Source: Octopus bimaculoides (Eukaryota). From it: 50,565 nt of DNA. Location: the NCBI RefSeq assembly GCF_001194135.2, contig NC_068983.1:97023912-97074476 (forward strand), written 5' to 3'. Numbering within the stretch: position 1 is the stretch's first letter; every line of letters begins with the position of its first letter. A model generated the notes under the pieces. The model was not told where the DNA came from, ran no database searches, and worked only from the letters and a program-made list of their open reading frames with translations. This document shows positions 1 to 10,369 of this stretch, piece after piece. A program made the position numbers and the translations under genes.

Positions 1-59
1 TATACATATATATACATACATACATACATACATACATACATACATACATAATACATACA

Positions 60-94
<35 letters not shown>

Positions 95-95
95 G

Positions 96-146
<51 letters not shown>
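1..146. repeat. Compound microsatellite (CATA)n-(TA)n-(TG)n
   Basis: Directly visible tandem repeats. Confidence 0.97.
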
Positions 147-148
<2 letters not shown>

Positions 149-750
149 TTATATGTATATGTGATTATTACTCCTTTCTCTGTCAAAAAAAAAATCCGAT
201 GGCTTTGTAAAATCACACGTCAGCCCTATTTTTAAAACAGAAGCCACTGAAAAATTCAGCCATGAAACACTAGCCTTTTGCTTATAAAACAACTTGACAC
301 ACATGTCACCAAATTTGTAAAACACTTTATTTATAGAGACTGACACAACTTTAAGTATAAGCTTCATAGGATGATCATCACTCCTTGAAAAAAATACCTG
401 TGAAAGCAACATAATAATAACAATGCCACACAGCTTTGACAAGTCGCGTTTGATTATATCATACTTCTATTTTTACAAAATAACGTAAACTAGGTATCTT
501 AAGTGATAAGGCGACAATATCATATTAGGTGTAGAAGTTTCATATTTGACCACACGTATCTCTAGCTAAAGCTCATATATAACTAACAACCAAATGCATT
601 GTTGATTCAATAAGATTTGTACTACACACGACTATATAGAGGAAGATATTGATAAATCATACACGTATATATATATGCATTCTTACGTAATACATACATA
701 CATACATACATACATACATACATACATTCATACATACATACATACATTCA

Positions 751-1098
751 GTGAAGGCACATACCTCGGTGGTTAGAGCATCGGGCTCACAATTATGAGG
801 TTGTGAGTTCGATTCTCAGACCGGGCTCTGAGTTGTGTTCTTGAGCAAGACACCTTATTTCACGCTGCTCACCTTAACTCATCTATAGAAATTAGTTGCA
901 ACGTCACTGGTACCAAGCTGTCCCGGTCTTTGCTTTTCTCTTGAATGACATCGGTGGCGTGGAGAGAAGAGGCTGGTTTGCATGGGCGACTGCAGGTCTT
1001 CCATAAGCAACCTTGCCCGGACTGGTGCCTCGAAGAGGAAGTTTCTAGGTGCATTCCCATGGTCATTCATGACTGAACGGGGTCTTTACCTTTAACCC
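751..1098 (+). mobile_element. tRNA-derived CORE-type SINE with (ACCTTT)-like tail
   Basis: A-box-like cctcggtggttagagc, B-box gagttcgattc, CORE-like ttgtgttcttgagcaagacacctta, tail ggtctttacctttaacc. The same head and core recur at 2185(-), 23748, 38202 and 40598. Confidence 0.8.
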
Positions 1099-1457
1099 TG
1101 TTTTTACACTTATAAGCATGTGCAATTGTAATTGCAACGTGCAACGCATGAGTGCTCGTGTATAGCTGCATAGATGTCTAAATATGTGCACATGTATGTA
1201 TTTATACTGTATATGTATGTATGTATATATGTATGTATGTGTGTATGCATACATGTATGTATTTATGTATGCAAGTATACATATACGTGTGTGTATGTGT
1301 GCACGTGTGCGTAGAGAAATGTGCAGGTAATATCCAACCAAACTTCACATTTTTCCCATCTACCAGTGCAAAGAAACAATTTCTATACAAGAACGTTTAA
1401 ACAACGAAAATTTGTTCATCGAAAAGTATAGAACGGGTCTAAATATGAACGCATAAC

Positions 1458-1488
<31 letters not shown>

Positions 1489-1502
1489 ACACACACACAC
1501 AC

Positions 1503-1561
<59 letters not shown>
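1458..1561. repeat. (CA)n microsatellite, about 50 units
   Basis: Directly visible. Confidence 0.98.
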
Positions 1562-1563
<2 letters not shown>

Positions 1564-1689
1564 GGTTCAATTCCACTCCTTTATCATTAATCAGTTAGTT
1601 AAATATATATCCAGCTGATAATACAATCCTTTGCTTAACTTGTTGGTTAAGTTGTCAATCACTGTGTTTCACTACTTTTTTTTTGCTTG

Positions 1690-2185
1690 TCACCATTCGC
1701 ACCCTTTTCAGTAACTATCTCTCTCACTTCGCTCCGGAGGCGAACCTATCTTTGTCTGCTTGAAAACTAGTTGTTTGGGAGCAATGTGCACTGATGATTT
1801 GTTTATAGTGATAATATATTTGTGTTGTGCTCACTCCCTCCATCAAACCGACATTGTTTGTATAGGTGCACGGAATGCCACACGCCAGGGATCTAAGTGA
1901 TCACAGAGAGGTGTGGAGATGAAATGTTTTGCTCTCTAGAACAGCGTTCTACAACCGGTATGCCACGACACACTGGTGTGCCACGAGACGATACTAAGCG
2001 TGCTGAAGTGTAACCTAAATATAAATTATTCCCCTATACTTTTAGTTATATTTTAAGTTCAAGTGTGCCGCCGAATTTTGAAAAGAATATAAGCCTACCG
2101 CTAGTGTAAAAAAGTTGCAGAGCAGTGCTCTGGAACACAAAGCACCGCTCAGACCGTGAATCAAACCCACGATCTCACGATCGTG
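1690..2185 (-). mobile_element. CORE-type SINE interrupted by a hAT MITE
   Basis: Minus strand reads gatcgtgggtttgattcacggtctgagcggtgctttgtgttc[insert]tagagagcaaaacatttcat, matching the B-box/CORE of 38202 and 40598 once 1942-2127 and one TSD are removed. The 3' boundary is approximate. Confidence 0.7.
1942..2127. mobile_element. hAT (Charlie-like) MITE, 186 bp
   Basis: 8-bp TSD ctctagaa (1934-1941) / ctctggaa (2128-2135). Imperfect TIRs cagcgttctacaacc ... aagttgcagagcagtg. The NTCTAGAN target is typical of Charlie-type hAT elements. Confidence 0.8.
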
Positions 2186-2924
2186 TGTGTACATATGTAT
2201 TTATAAATCTATTCTGGATTAGCACTATCCATATCCATCATAAGAACTTTAATAATATCTTTCTTCACATTTCTTTATTCTTTATTTACCCCTTATTAAT
2301 CTTTATTCCCGCCATTATACAGAAAATTTCATTAATTTCCGTCTTTCTTTCAACTATTGCCGCTGACTTTCTCTCTTTTCATCTTGCTTTCTTCTTTCTT
2401 TCGTCTTTCATGGAATCATTTCTTAATAAGTAACTATGTACTTTTCGCCATCCTCATCTATAACGTTGTATATAAGTGTGATTAACAGAGTCCTGTTTGA
2501 TGAGGACAGCTTAGAAAGAAACGATTTTGATGTGCGAGACGCTGGCATAACAAGTTTCATTATAAAGTCGTCATGCTGCCTCTTATACAAAACTACAGAA
2601 AAGCAACAAAAAGAAAAACAACAACAACAACAAAAAAGACTTTATCAATCTATGTCGTTATGGGATTTGATAGCTAAACGATAAAAGACTTGACGAAGAC
2701 GAAATGTTTGCCAAAGATTATTAATGTTTCGTTTAAAAGGAAACTAATATAGCCGTCTAATTGAATGCTTATGAATTGAATTAATGGCTATTAGCTGGAG
2801 ACGTTTAAAGTTTTATTCAAAACAGCTGAGCTAAGCTGTAAGTAGAGACTCAGGAAGCCATTAAATTGCATGTATAAGTGTTTCTTTTCTCGCCTCTGAA
2901 CTAATATTAATGAGCTCTCTTCGT

Positions 2925-3065
2925 GTGTGTGTATCTTTGTGTGTGTGTGTGTCTGTCTGTATGTGTGTGTCTGTGTAGAAACGCATGTATGCAAAATTAT
3001 ATTATACGGTATATATATATGTGACTGTGTGAACGAGATAGTGCAATAGTATATATATATACATA

Positions 3066-3103
<38 letters not shown>

Positions 3104-3242
3104 GGCATATGTAAATGTGCATACGACATTGCAGAGAAATATGTTGCATAGAATTGATATATAGTGCAGCTTGTTTATTATATATTTTATGTGCATTGAA
3201 AATATGCTGTCCTAGTGAAGGCGTGCAGTTTTGTCTACTATG

Positions 3243-3289
<47 letters not shown>

Positions 3290-3705
3290 AGAAGCATCTA
3301 GACACACACACACACATACACACACAACACACTCACACACACGCATATATATATATATGTATGTCTGCATATGTGTGCGTATGCGTGTTTGTGTGTGTGT
3401 TTGTGCGTGTGTAAAGCATATGTACAGAGGAACTACAGAAATTTCAATATTTGACATATGTAGCCATTCTTAGTGTATGCATGTAAATATTCTGAATATA
3501 TTATATGTATACCGCTCCGCCCCTCCCTCTCTCTCTATCTCTCTCTCTCTCTCTTTCTATTCTCTTCCCATATACATTCATATGTATGTATGTATGTATG
3601 CATGTATGTATGTGTGTATGTATGTATGTATGTACATATGTAGCTATGAATGTATACGTGAAAGCGCACAAAATTCTCATCATACATTACTCGTATGTTA
3701 TATAC

Positions 3706-3739
<34 letters not shown>

Positions 3740-3745
3740 ATTAAT
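2925..3745. repeat. Cluster of (TG)n, (TA)n, (CA)n, (CT)n and (TATG)n microsatellites
   Basis: Directly visible; explains all ORF-track calls between 2791 and 3785. Confidence 0.95.
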
Positions 3746-3981
3746 ATACATTATGTCTTATATATATGTAAAATGCACTTGTTGATTGATATCTTTCATA
3801 TGTGATACATAAATATTATATGCATGTGAAAATATGTAAGCGAAACAATTATTTGGTTCTTTAGGCAAGCCAATGTTATTTTTGGGCACACTAGTGTTAG
3901 ATTGCAAACAATTTCAATGATATTCTTAAAAAGGTCACCGAATGTTGCATGTTTCATTTATAGCATATGAGGATAAACATA

Positions 3982-4197
3982 TTTTTTTCTACTATATGCA
4001 CAAAGCCTGAAATTTACGGGGAAGGGTCAAGTCGATTACATCAACCTCAGTACTCAGCTCATACTTAATTTACCGACCCCGAAAGGATGAAAGGCAAGGA
4101 TGACCTCGGCGGAATTTGAACTCAGAACGTAGCGGCAGACGAAATATCGCTAAGCATTTCGCCCGGCGTGCTAACGATTCTGCCAGCTCGCCGCCTA
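3982..4197 (-). mobile_element. SINE family A, near full length
   Basis: Minus strand: ggcggcgagctggcagaatcgttagc (A box), gagttcaaattccgcc (B box), ggggtcggtaaattaagta and gttgatgtaatcgact tail. A truncated plus-strand head follows at about 4256-4300. Confidence 0.9.
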
Positions 4198-4299
4198 TAT
4201 TGCTGTATATGTTGTTGTTGCTGTTGTTGTTGTTGTTGTTGTTATCCTCAGTGTTTAGGCAGCGAGCTGGCAGAATTGTCAGTATTTCGGACAAAACGC

Positions 4300-4360
4300 T
4301 ATACCTCAGAACAACCTTAATTACGTAGACCTCTGATTAAAGGCTCATCGCGACCATCAT
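4300..4360 (+). repeat. Short dispersed repeat (gacctctgattaaagg...gaccatc type)
   Basis: Similar segments in reverse orientation at about 15283-15349 and, more weakly, 26845-26925. Confidence 0.55.
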
Positions 4361-4609
4361 TTATGTTATATATGTTGTATATCTTTAAATACATTTTATA
4401 ATGCTATGAAAGGGGTTAGGGATTGTTAAGGATGTAGTTGATTGAGTCAACATGTTCAGTCTCCAGCTTAGAATACTATTACGGTTAATCTTGTTGCTGG
4501 CGATAAAAGAAAATGAAAAGAGAAACTACTATAAGGCTGTTATGAGCATTTACGTAAAGAATTGTTAATGACTCTCAGATTTCTGTTTGTTTAATGCTAA
4601 TTCCTAATA

Positions 4610-4785
4610 AGGCGGTGAGCTAGCAGAATTGTTAGCACGTCTGACAAAACGCCTAGCGGCATTTCGTCTACCTTTATATCCTAAGTTCAAATTCCATCAA
4701 AATCGACTTTGCCCTTCATTCTTTCAGTGTCGATAAAATTAGTATCCGTTAAAGACCGCAGTCGATGTAATCAACTGAATTCTTT
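4610..4785 (+). mobile_element. SINE family A
   Basis: aaggcggtgagctagcagaattgttagc ... aagttcaaattcc ... gtcgataaaattagta ... gtcgatgtaatcaact. Confidence 0.88.
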
Positions 4786-4954
4786 CACCACAATTTCTGG
4801 CTTTGTATCTGTATTACAAAGGCTATTATTATTGTTTAGTCTCAGCTCAATATTGATCGAGTTGCCATATGATGAAAAATGTTTTCTAGTTGTGACCTTC
4901 TCTCACGCATATGCACAAGGAAATCAAAACTATATTAATCAACGAAACCTTTTC

Positions 4955-5022
4955 TAAAACGGCAGGGTTTGATCTGAGAAAAATTTGCTGCTATTTCTGA
5001 CAAATCAGTTGACTACCTAGAG
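4955..5022 (+). repeat. Short dispersed repeat (tttgctgctatttctgac type)
   Basis: Similar segments at about 26565-26630(-), 29145-29200(-) and 37935-37990(+). Confidence 0.5.
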
Positions 5023-6599
5023 GTGCACATGTCTGTAATAATTACAGTGGTGACAGGAGTTTTTGTTTGAAAAAAATGATGCTGATATTTACTGCAGAGT
5101 ATGGCTAATGAATTTATCCAACGTTGTAGGAATAAAATCGATTGATATACGTTGTACAGCATAATCCCGCATGAAACAAAAACTCTATTTATGCATCAGT
5201 AACTGTTGTAGAATTTACGCCGTTAAATTAGAAAGCTGATTTCGAAACTGGGAGACGGAGATTCATAGATTAGGTGATCTACGAACTGTCGGTTTGCATT
5301 GGAGCACTCCAAATATCGTGCCAATGCGGAGGACACTGGCATGTTTCTTACTCTGATAGAAATGATAGTCATATATTCATCCTAGTGACAAGACCAATTG
5401 TGAATACGTGTTTTTACTACGTTAACTGTCTTCACCATATCATTATTCTTCATTGATTTCGGCGGCATAAAACTTAGACATATACAAAAAGAGAAGAGGC
5501 TAGTATTTCTATATATTCTTTTGGAAGTTGTCTAACTCTTGTAATACTTTGAAGTCAAAGTTGGACAATGTTGTTCTGGAGATGTCTATGGAGAGTTTTA
5601 GTTCATATACAACTAGACTCAACAACACTACCTTAGCATGTTTTTATCTTACATAAGGATATTATGTATATTCGAACATGTTATGTGACATTCACTCCAT
5701 CTAGTCTTCTGTAAAAATATATTTTTCTGATGTATTTTTTTTTATGTATTCTTTTTTTGCACTGAGGAGAACAGAAATATGCAATTAATTTAATTATAGT
5801 TAAATTAATTTCTAATTTTTTTTTTACTATGTTATTTACATTTTAATATTATCGTTCGAAACGATCGCATGCATGGATTAAATTCTTTTAAAACTTTTAA
5901 CACCTTTTCTTCCATCTTTAATTGTTTGTTGAGTTTCTATAGGATATGTGTTCTATAAATGCTCATAACAGCCTTAAAGATATATATNNNNNNNNNNNNN
6001 NNNNNNNNNNNNNNNNNNNNNNNNNNNNNNNNNNNNNNNNNNNNNNNNNNNNNNNNNNNNNNNNNNNNNNNNNNNNNNNTATACAGATATCTAGAAAGTA
6101 AATAGACACAATCGTTATTTATTTATTTATTTATTTATAGAAAAAATAATTTGTTGCATTTAAATACTTGATATAGTATTTAGTAGGCATTCCTTGTGCA
6201 TAATACACTAGCAAGTTTTAAAAAAGACCAGGTACTATGCGCACTAAAGAAACAGTATAATGACGGCTGTCTAATTACATTTGAGATGCCTGTGCACATA
6301 TCTCATAATAATTATTGAAATTCCAACAAATGGAATTAAACCCGTTAAAAGATTTATCTATGACTTACTGGTTATAAATTCTCTGATTTCTGCAATACGT
6401 TGTCATAATTACTTGCATGTATGCAGGACTATGTAACTCTATAGTAATGATTATGTAGTGCGAAATGAATACTTTTGTCAAGTGTATACACATGTGCACC
6501 AATAACATAAGTTCTGATAATGCTCATATATCTTTTGCACTATAGTTTACTTGACTTAGTTACCAATTGAAGCAACAGGCTCGGGAAATCACACGCACA

Positions 6600-6637
<38 letters not shown>

Positions 6638-7360
6638 CACACGCACGCACACACACACACATGTTTTACACATGCTTCAGCTAAAGATTGGTCCAAGCCA
6701 TGTCTAACTTAATGGCATTCACAAACACACACACACACACACACACAAACACATCAGAAACAAGTTAAAAATAATGGTCATTAAATATTTTTCCTTTACC
6801 AGAACAAAATGGGCTTACATCCCAACCCCATCCCACACATCCCACTCCTACATACCCCAACCCTACCCAAACATCCTCACCCAAATCCACCCCACCTGAC
6901 ACTCGCATCCCCGCACTCCAACACCACCCCACCCCGTTCTTCCTAGCTACAACAGCTACTCCAAGGCAGCGAGTAATAGATGCTATCTTAGGAGATATGA
7001 CCAGGTCCTCATGACAAAAGTTGAGGCAGTCAGCAAGGAAATCAAATACTCCTGGAAAACACCCTTTGCTAAAGTGGGTGAGAGGTCAATGAATAGACCC
7101 AGAGAATAGCTCCGAAGGATTGTTTTTCTATAGTAAAGGCTTGTGTGGTGGACGTTCATCTGGAGATACAGATAAAACTTCTGCGTTCACCATGATGACA
7201 CTACATATCCCCATGGTGCCCAAGACACCAATCCAATTATTCCAACTGGAGGTATGCTCTGAGAACAAAGAATGGAGGAAATTCCAAGAGAGGAAGAAAT
7301 ACAAATATTAGGTAATCGAGTGCTATGCTACTTGCTGAAGACTTACCCCACTACACTACT

Positions 7361-7418
<58 letters not shown>

Positions 7419-7607
7419 TGTATGTATGTTAAGGTGGTGATCCAGCATGGCCACAGTCTAATGATTGAAACAAGTAAAAGGGTAAAATATATATATATGC
7501 GTATGTATGCATGTGTGTGTGTGTGTGCCTGTGTGTGTGAATATGTATGTCGACGTGCTCGTGTGTGAGTGTATCTATGTACGTGAGTCTATGTGCGTGA
7601 GAGTGTG

Positions 7608-7763
7608 TGAGAGAGAGAGAGAGAGAGAAAGAGAGGGAAAGAGAGAGGGAAAGAAAGAGAGAGCGAGAGAGGGAAAGAGAGAGGGAGAGAGAGAGAGGGA
7701 AAGAGAGAGAGAGAGAGAGGGAAAGAGAGAGAGAGAGAGGGAAAGAGAGAGAGGGAGAGAGAG
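7608..7763. repeat. Polypurine (GA)n/GAGGGAAA tract
   Basis: Directly visible. Similar tracts at 19750-19850 and 41487-41630. Confidence 0.95.
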
Positions 7764-7796
7764 ATATCTTGTTAGAGAGATTATTAGTTCTTATAT

Positions 7797-7951
7797 ACAG
7801 TTTCGCTCTACCCAAATTCATTCACAAAGTCTTTGTCGATCAGGGATTATAGCAGAAGACACATGACTAAGGTGCCCCGCAGTTGAACTGAACTCGAACT
7901 CATACAACTGCAAAGCAAGCTGCTTGACTACTCAGCCTTGCGTACGCCTGT
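7797..7951 (-). mobile_element. SINE family B, degraded 5' half
   Basis: Reverse complement aligns with the head and CORE of 34772 (gcaccttgggcaagtgtcttctactatagc type). A separate plus-strand 3'-end fragment lies at about 7432-7482. Confidence 0.75.
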
Positions 7952-7959
7952 AAAGTTTC

Positions 7960-8176
7960 AAGGCGGCGAGCTGGCAGAAACGTTAGCACGCCCGACGAAA
8001 TGCTTACTGGTATTTCGTCTGTCTTTACTTTCTCAGTTAAAAATTCCACCGATGTCGACTTTGCTTTCATCCTTTCGGGGTCGATAAATTAAGTAAAATT
8101 GCGTACTGGGGTCGATCTAATCGACTGGCCCCCTCCCCCAAAATTTCGGATCTTGTTCCTAGAGTAGAAAAGAATA
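7960..8176 (+). mobile_element. SINE family A, full length
   Basis: A box, B-box region, ggggtcgataaattaagta, ctggggtcgatctaatcgact and tail ctagagtagaaaagaata. Confidence 0.92.
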
Positions 8177-8604
8177 TTGTAATGTTGCAATATGATTTTT
8201 AATCCACTTGGAATAGAGTGCACGTTCAATGCTTGGTTGTATCTTGATCTAATACGAAACACTACATAAAGTGAGACTTGTCAGTAGTCATCCAACCATT
8301 CATTTCAGGTCAATGACATCTTTATATCAGTGTGTCTGGTTGTGATTGTATTCGTGTAAGGATAGATTTCGATGCACATTTTTTATGTGTATATGTGTGT
8401 ATGAGCGGGAGAGGGACGCATGTGATTGTTTGTAAGTATTTGTGTACTTGTATGTGTATATATGCGTCTGTGTGAATGCGCTAAGAATAATAGCTTTACA
8501 AAATGTTGATTAAGTGTTGAAAGAAGAGACTGGTATATGTATAAATAAATCAAACACTATGTTAAAGAAAGAGACGGGTTGATAGCGAAAAGAATTTTAA
8601 TTTA

Positions 8605-8782
8605 CGGCGGCGAGCTAGCAGAATCGTTAGCACGCCGGGAAAATGATTCGCGGCATTTCGTCTGTCTGCACGTTCTAAGTTCAAATTCCGCAGAGGTCGA
8701 CTTTGCCTTTCACCCTTTCGGAGGTCGATAAATTAAAAAGCAGTGGGGTTGATGTAATCGACTAGTACCCTCTCCCAATTTA
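8605..8782 (+). mobile_element. SINE family A
   Basis: ggcggcgagctagcagaatcgttagc ... aagttcaaattccgc ... gtcgataaattaa ... gttgatgtaatcgact. Confidence 0.9.
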
Positions 8783-8787
8783 CAAAA

Positions 8788-9347
8788 TATTCTTTTCTAC
8801 TTTAGGCACAAAGCCCGAAATTTTGGGAAAGGGGGCCAGTCGATTAAATCGACCCCAGTTCGCAACTGGTACTTAATTTATCGACCACTTAAGGATGAAA
8901 GGCAAAGTCGACCTCGGCGGAATTTGAACTCAGAACGTAAAGATAGACAAAATACCTATTTTGTTATTGCCCACAAGGGGCTAAACATAGAGGGAACAAA
9001 CAAGAACAGACGAACGGATTAAGTCGATTACATCGACCTCAGTGCGTAACTGGTACTTAATTTATCGACCTCGAAAGGATGAAAGGCAAAGTCGACCTCG
9101 GCGGAATTTGAACTCAGAACGTAAAGATAGACAAAATACCTATTTTGTTATTGCCCACAAGGGGCTAAACATANNNNNNNNNNNNNNNNNNNNNNNNNNN
9201 NNNNNNNNNNNNNNNNNNNNNNNNNNNNNCACTTAAGGATGAAAGGCAAAGTCGACCTCGGCGGAATTTGAACTCAGAACGTAAAGACAGACAAAATACC
9301 GCTAAGCATTTCACTCGGCGTGCTAACGTTTCTGCCAGCTCGCCGCC
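8788..9347 (-). mobile_element. Head-to-tail multimer of SINE family A (184-bp period) spanning a gap
   Basis: The unit boundary aaaatacc|tattttgttattgcccacaagggg occurs at 8957 and 9141. The only complete head is at 9300-9347. Confidence 0.85.
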
Positions 9348-9387
9348 TTCAGTTTACGAAGTATTACAATGTTACGAGCAAAGACAA

Positions 9388-9595
9388 GGCGACGAGCGGG
9401 TAGAATCAAGCTGGGGAAAAATGCTTAGCGGCATTTCGTTTGTCTTTATGGTTTGAGTTCAAATTCCGCCGAGGTCGACTTGGCCTTTCATCTCTTCGAG
9501 ATGGATAAAATAAGTACCAGTTCAACACTGGGGTCCATGTAATCGAATTTCTTCTATGCCCGAACTGGTTGGCTTTGTGCCAAAATGTGAAACTA
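9388..9595 (+). mobile_element. SINE family A
   Basis: aaggcgacgagcgggtagaatc ... gagttcaaattccgccgaggtcgact ... gataaaataagtaccagt ... ctttgtgccaaaatgtgaa. Confidence 0.88.
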
Positions 9596-9597
9596 AA

Positions 9598-9915
9598 TCA
9601 CGTAGTTTCATGTTCATTCCTACTGCACACTACCTTGAGTAAATGTCATGTACTTAGAGTCTTGAACTCGCCAAGGTCTTACGAATGAATTTAATTGACG
9701 GAGATTATGCAGAAGCCCGTCGTATGTATGCATGTATGTGCTTGTGTTTGATTATGTACTCCCGGCGTATAGCAACTTATGTGAGTTTGTGTACGTACCC
9801 GTAAATTAGCAGTTCGTCAAAAAAGAAACTTATAGAATGAGTTCCAGTCTTAAAACTTTTGTGCCAGGGTCGATTTATTCGATGAAACTCTTCAATAACT
9901 GAAGCAAATAAAAAA
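9598..9915 (+). mobile_element. SINE family B, degraded
   Basis: ccttgagtaaatgtc (CORE-like), agaagcccgtcgtatgtatg, internal simple repeat, cagggtcgatttattcga. Confidence 0.7.
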
Positions 9916-9966
9916 ATATAAGCATTGTATATGTGTACATGTAAGTATGTGTGTAAGTATAGGTAC

Positions 9967-10004
<38 letters not shown>

Positions 10005-10018
10005 ACACACACACACAA

Positions 10019-10059
<41 letters not shown>

Positions 10060-10336
10060 NNNNNNNNNNNNNNNNNNNNNNNNNNNNNNNNNNNNNNNNN
10101 NNNNNNNNNNNNNNNNNNNNNNNNNNNNNNNNNNNNNNNNNNNNNNNNNNNNNNNNNNNNNNNNNNNNNNNNNNNNNNNNNNNNNNNNNNNNNNNNNNNN
10201 NNNNNNNNNNNNNNNNNNNNNNNNNNNNNNNNNNNNNNNNNNNNNNNNNNNNNNNNNNNNNNNNNNNNNNNNNNNNNNNNNNNNNNNNNNNNNNNNNNNN
10301 NNNNNNNNNNNNNNNNNNNNNNNNNNNNNNNNATAT

Positions 10337-10367
<31 letters not shown>

Positions 10368-10369
10368 TA

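Noticed and set aside
751-830. tRNA gene calls for SINE heads (also 23748, 34772, 38202)
   Set aside because: A and B boxes are present, but there is no complete cloverleaf or acceptor stem and no T-run terminator; each continues into a repeated SINE body.
2430-2600. Minus-strand open frame LYKRQHDDFIMKLV...DEDGEK, and plus ORF 2436-2684
   Set aside because: No recognisable family. It sits next to an (AAC)n tract and loosely resembles the repeat-derived segment at 26817-26930.
6790-7330. C-rich tract followed by GC-richer, LINE-like composition
   Set aside because: No RT or endonuclease motif found in the frames I translated; left unclassified.
8788-9347. CRISPR-like regular repeats
   Set aside because: The units are 184-bp SINE bodies with no unique spacers and no cas genes, in a eukaryotic context.
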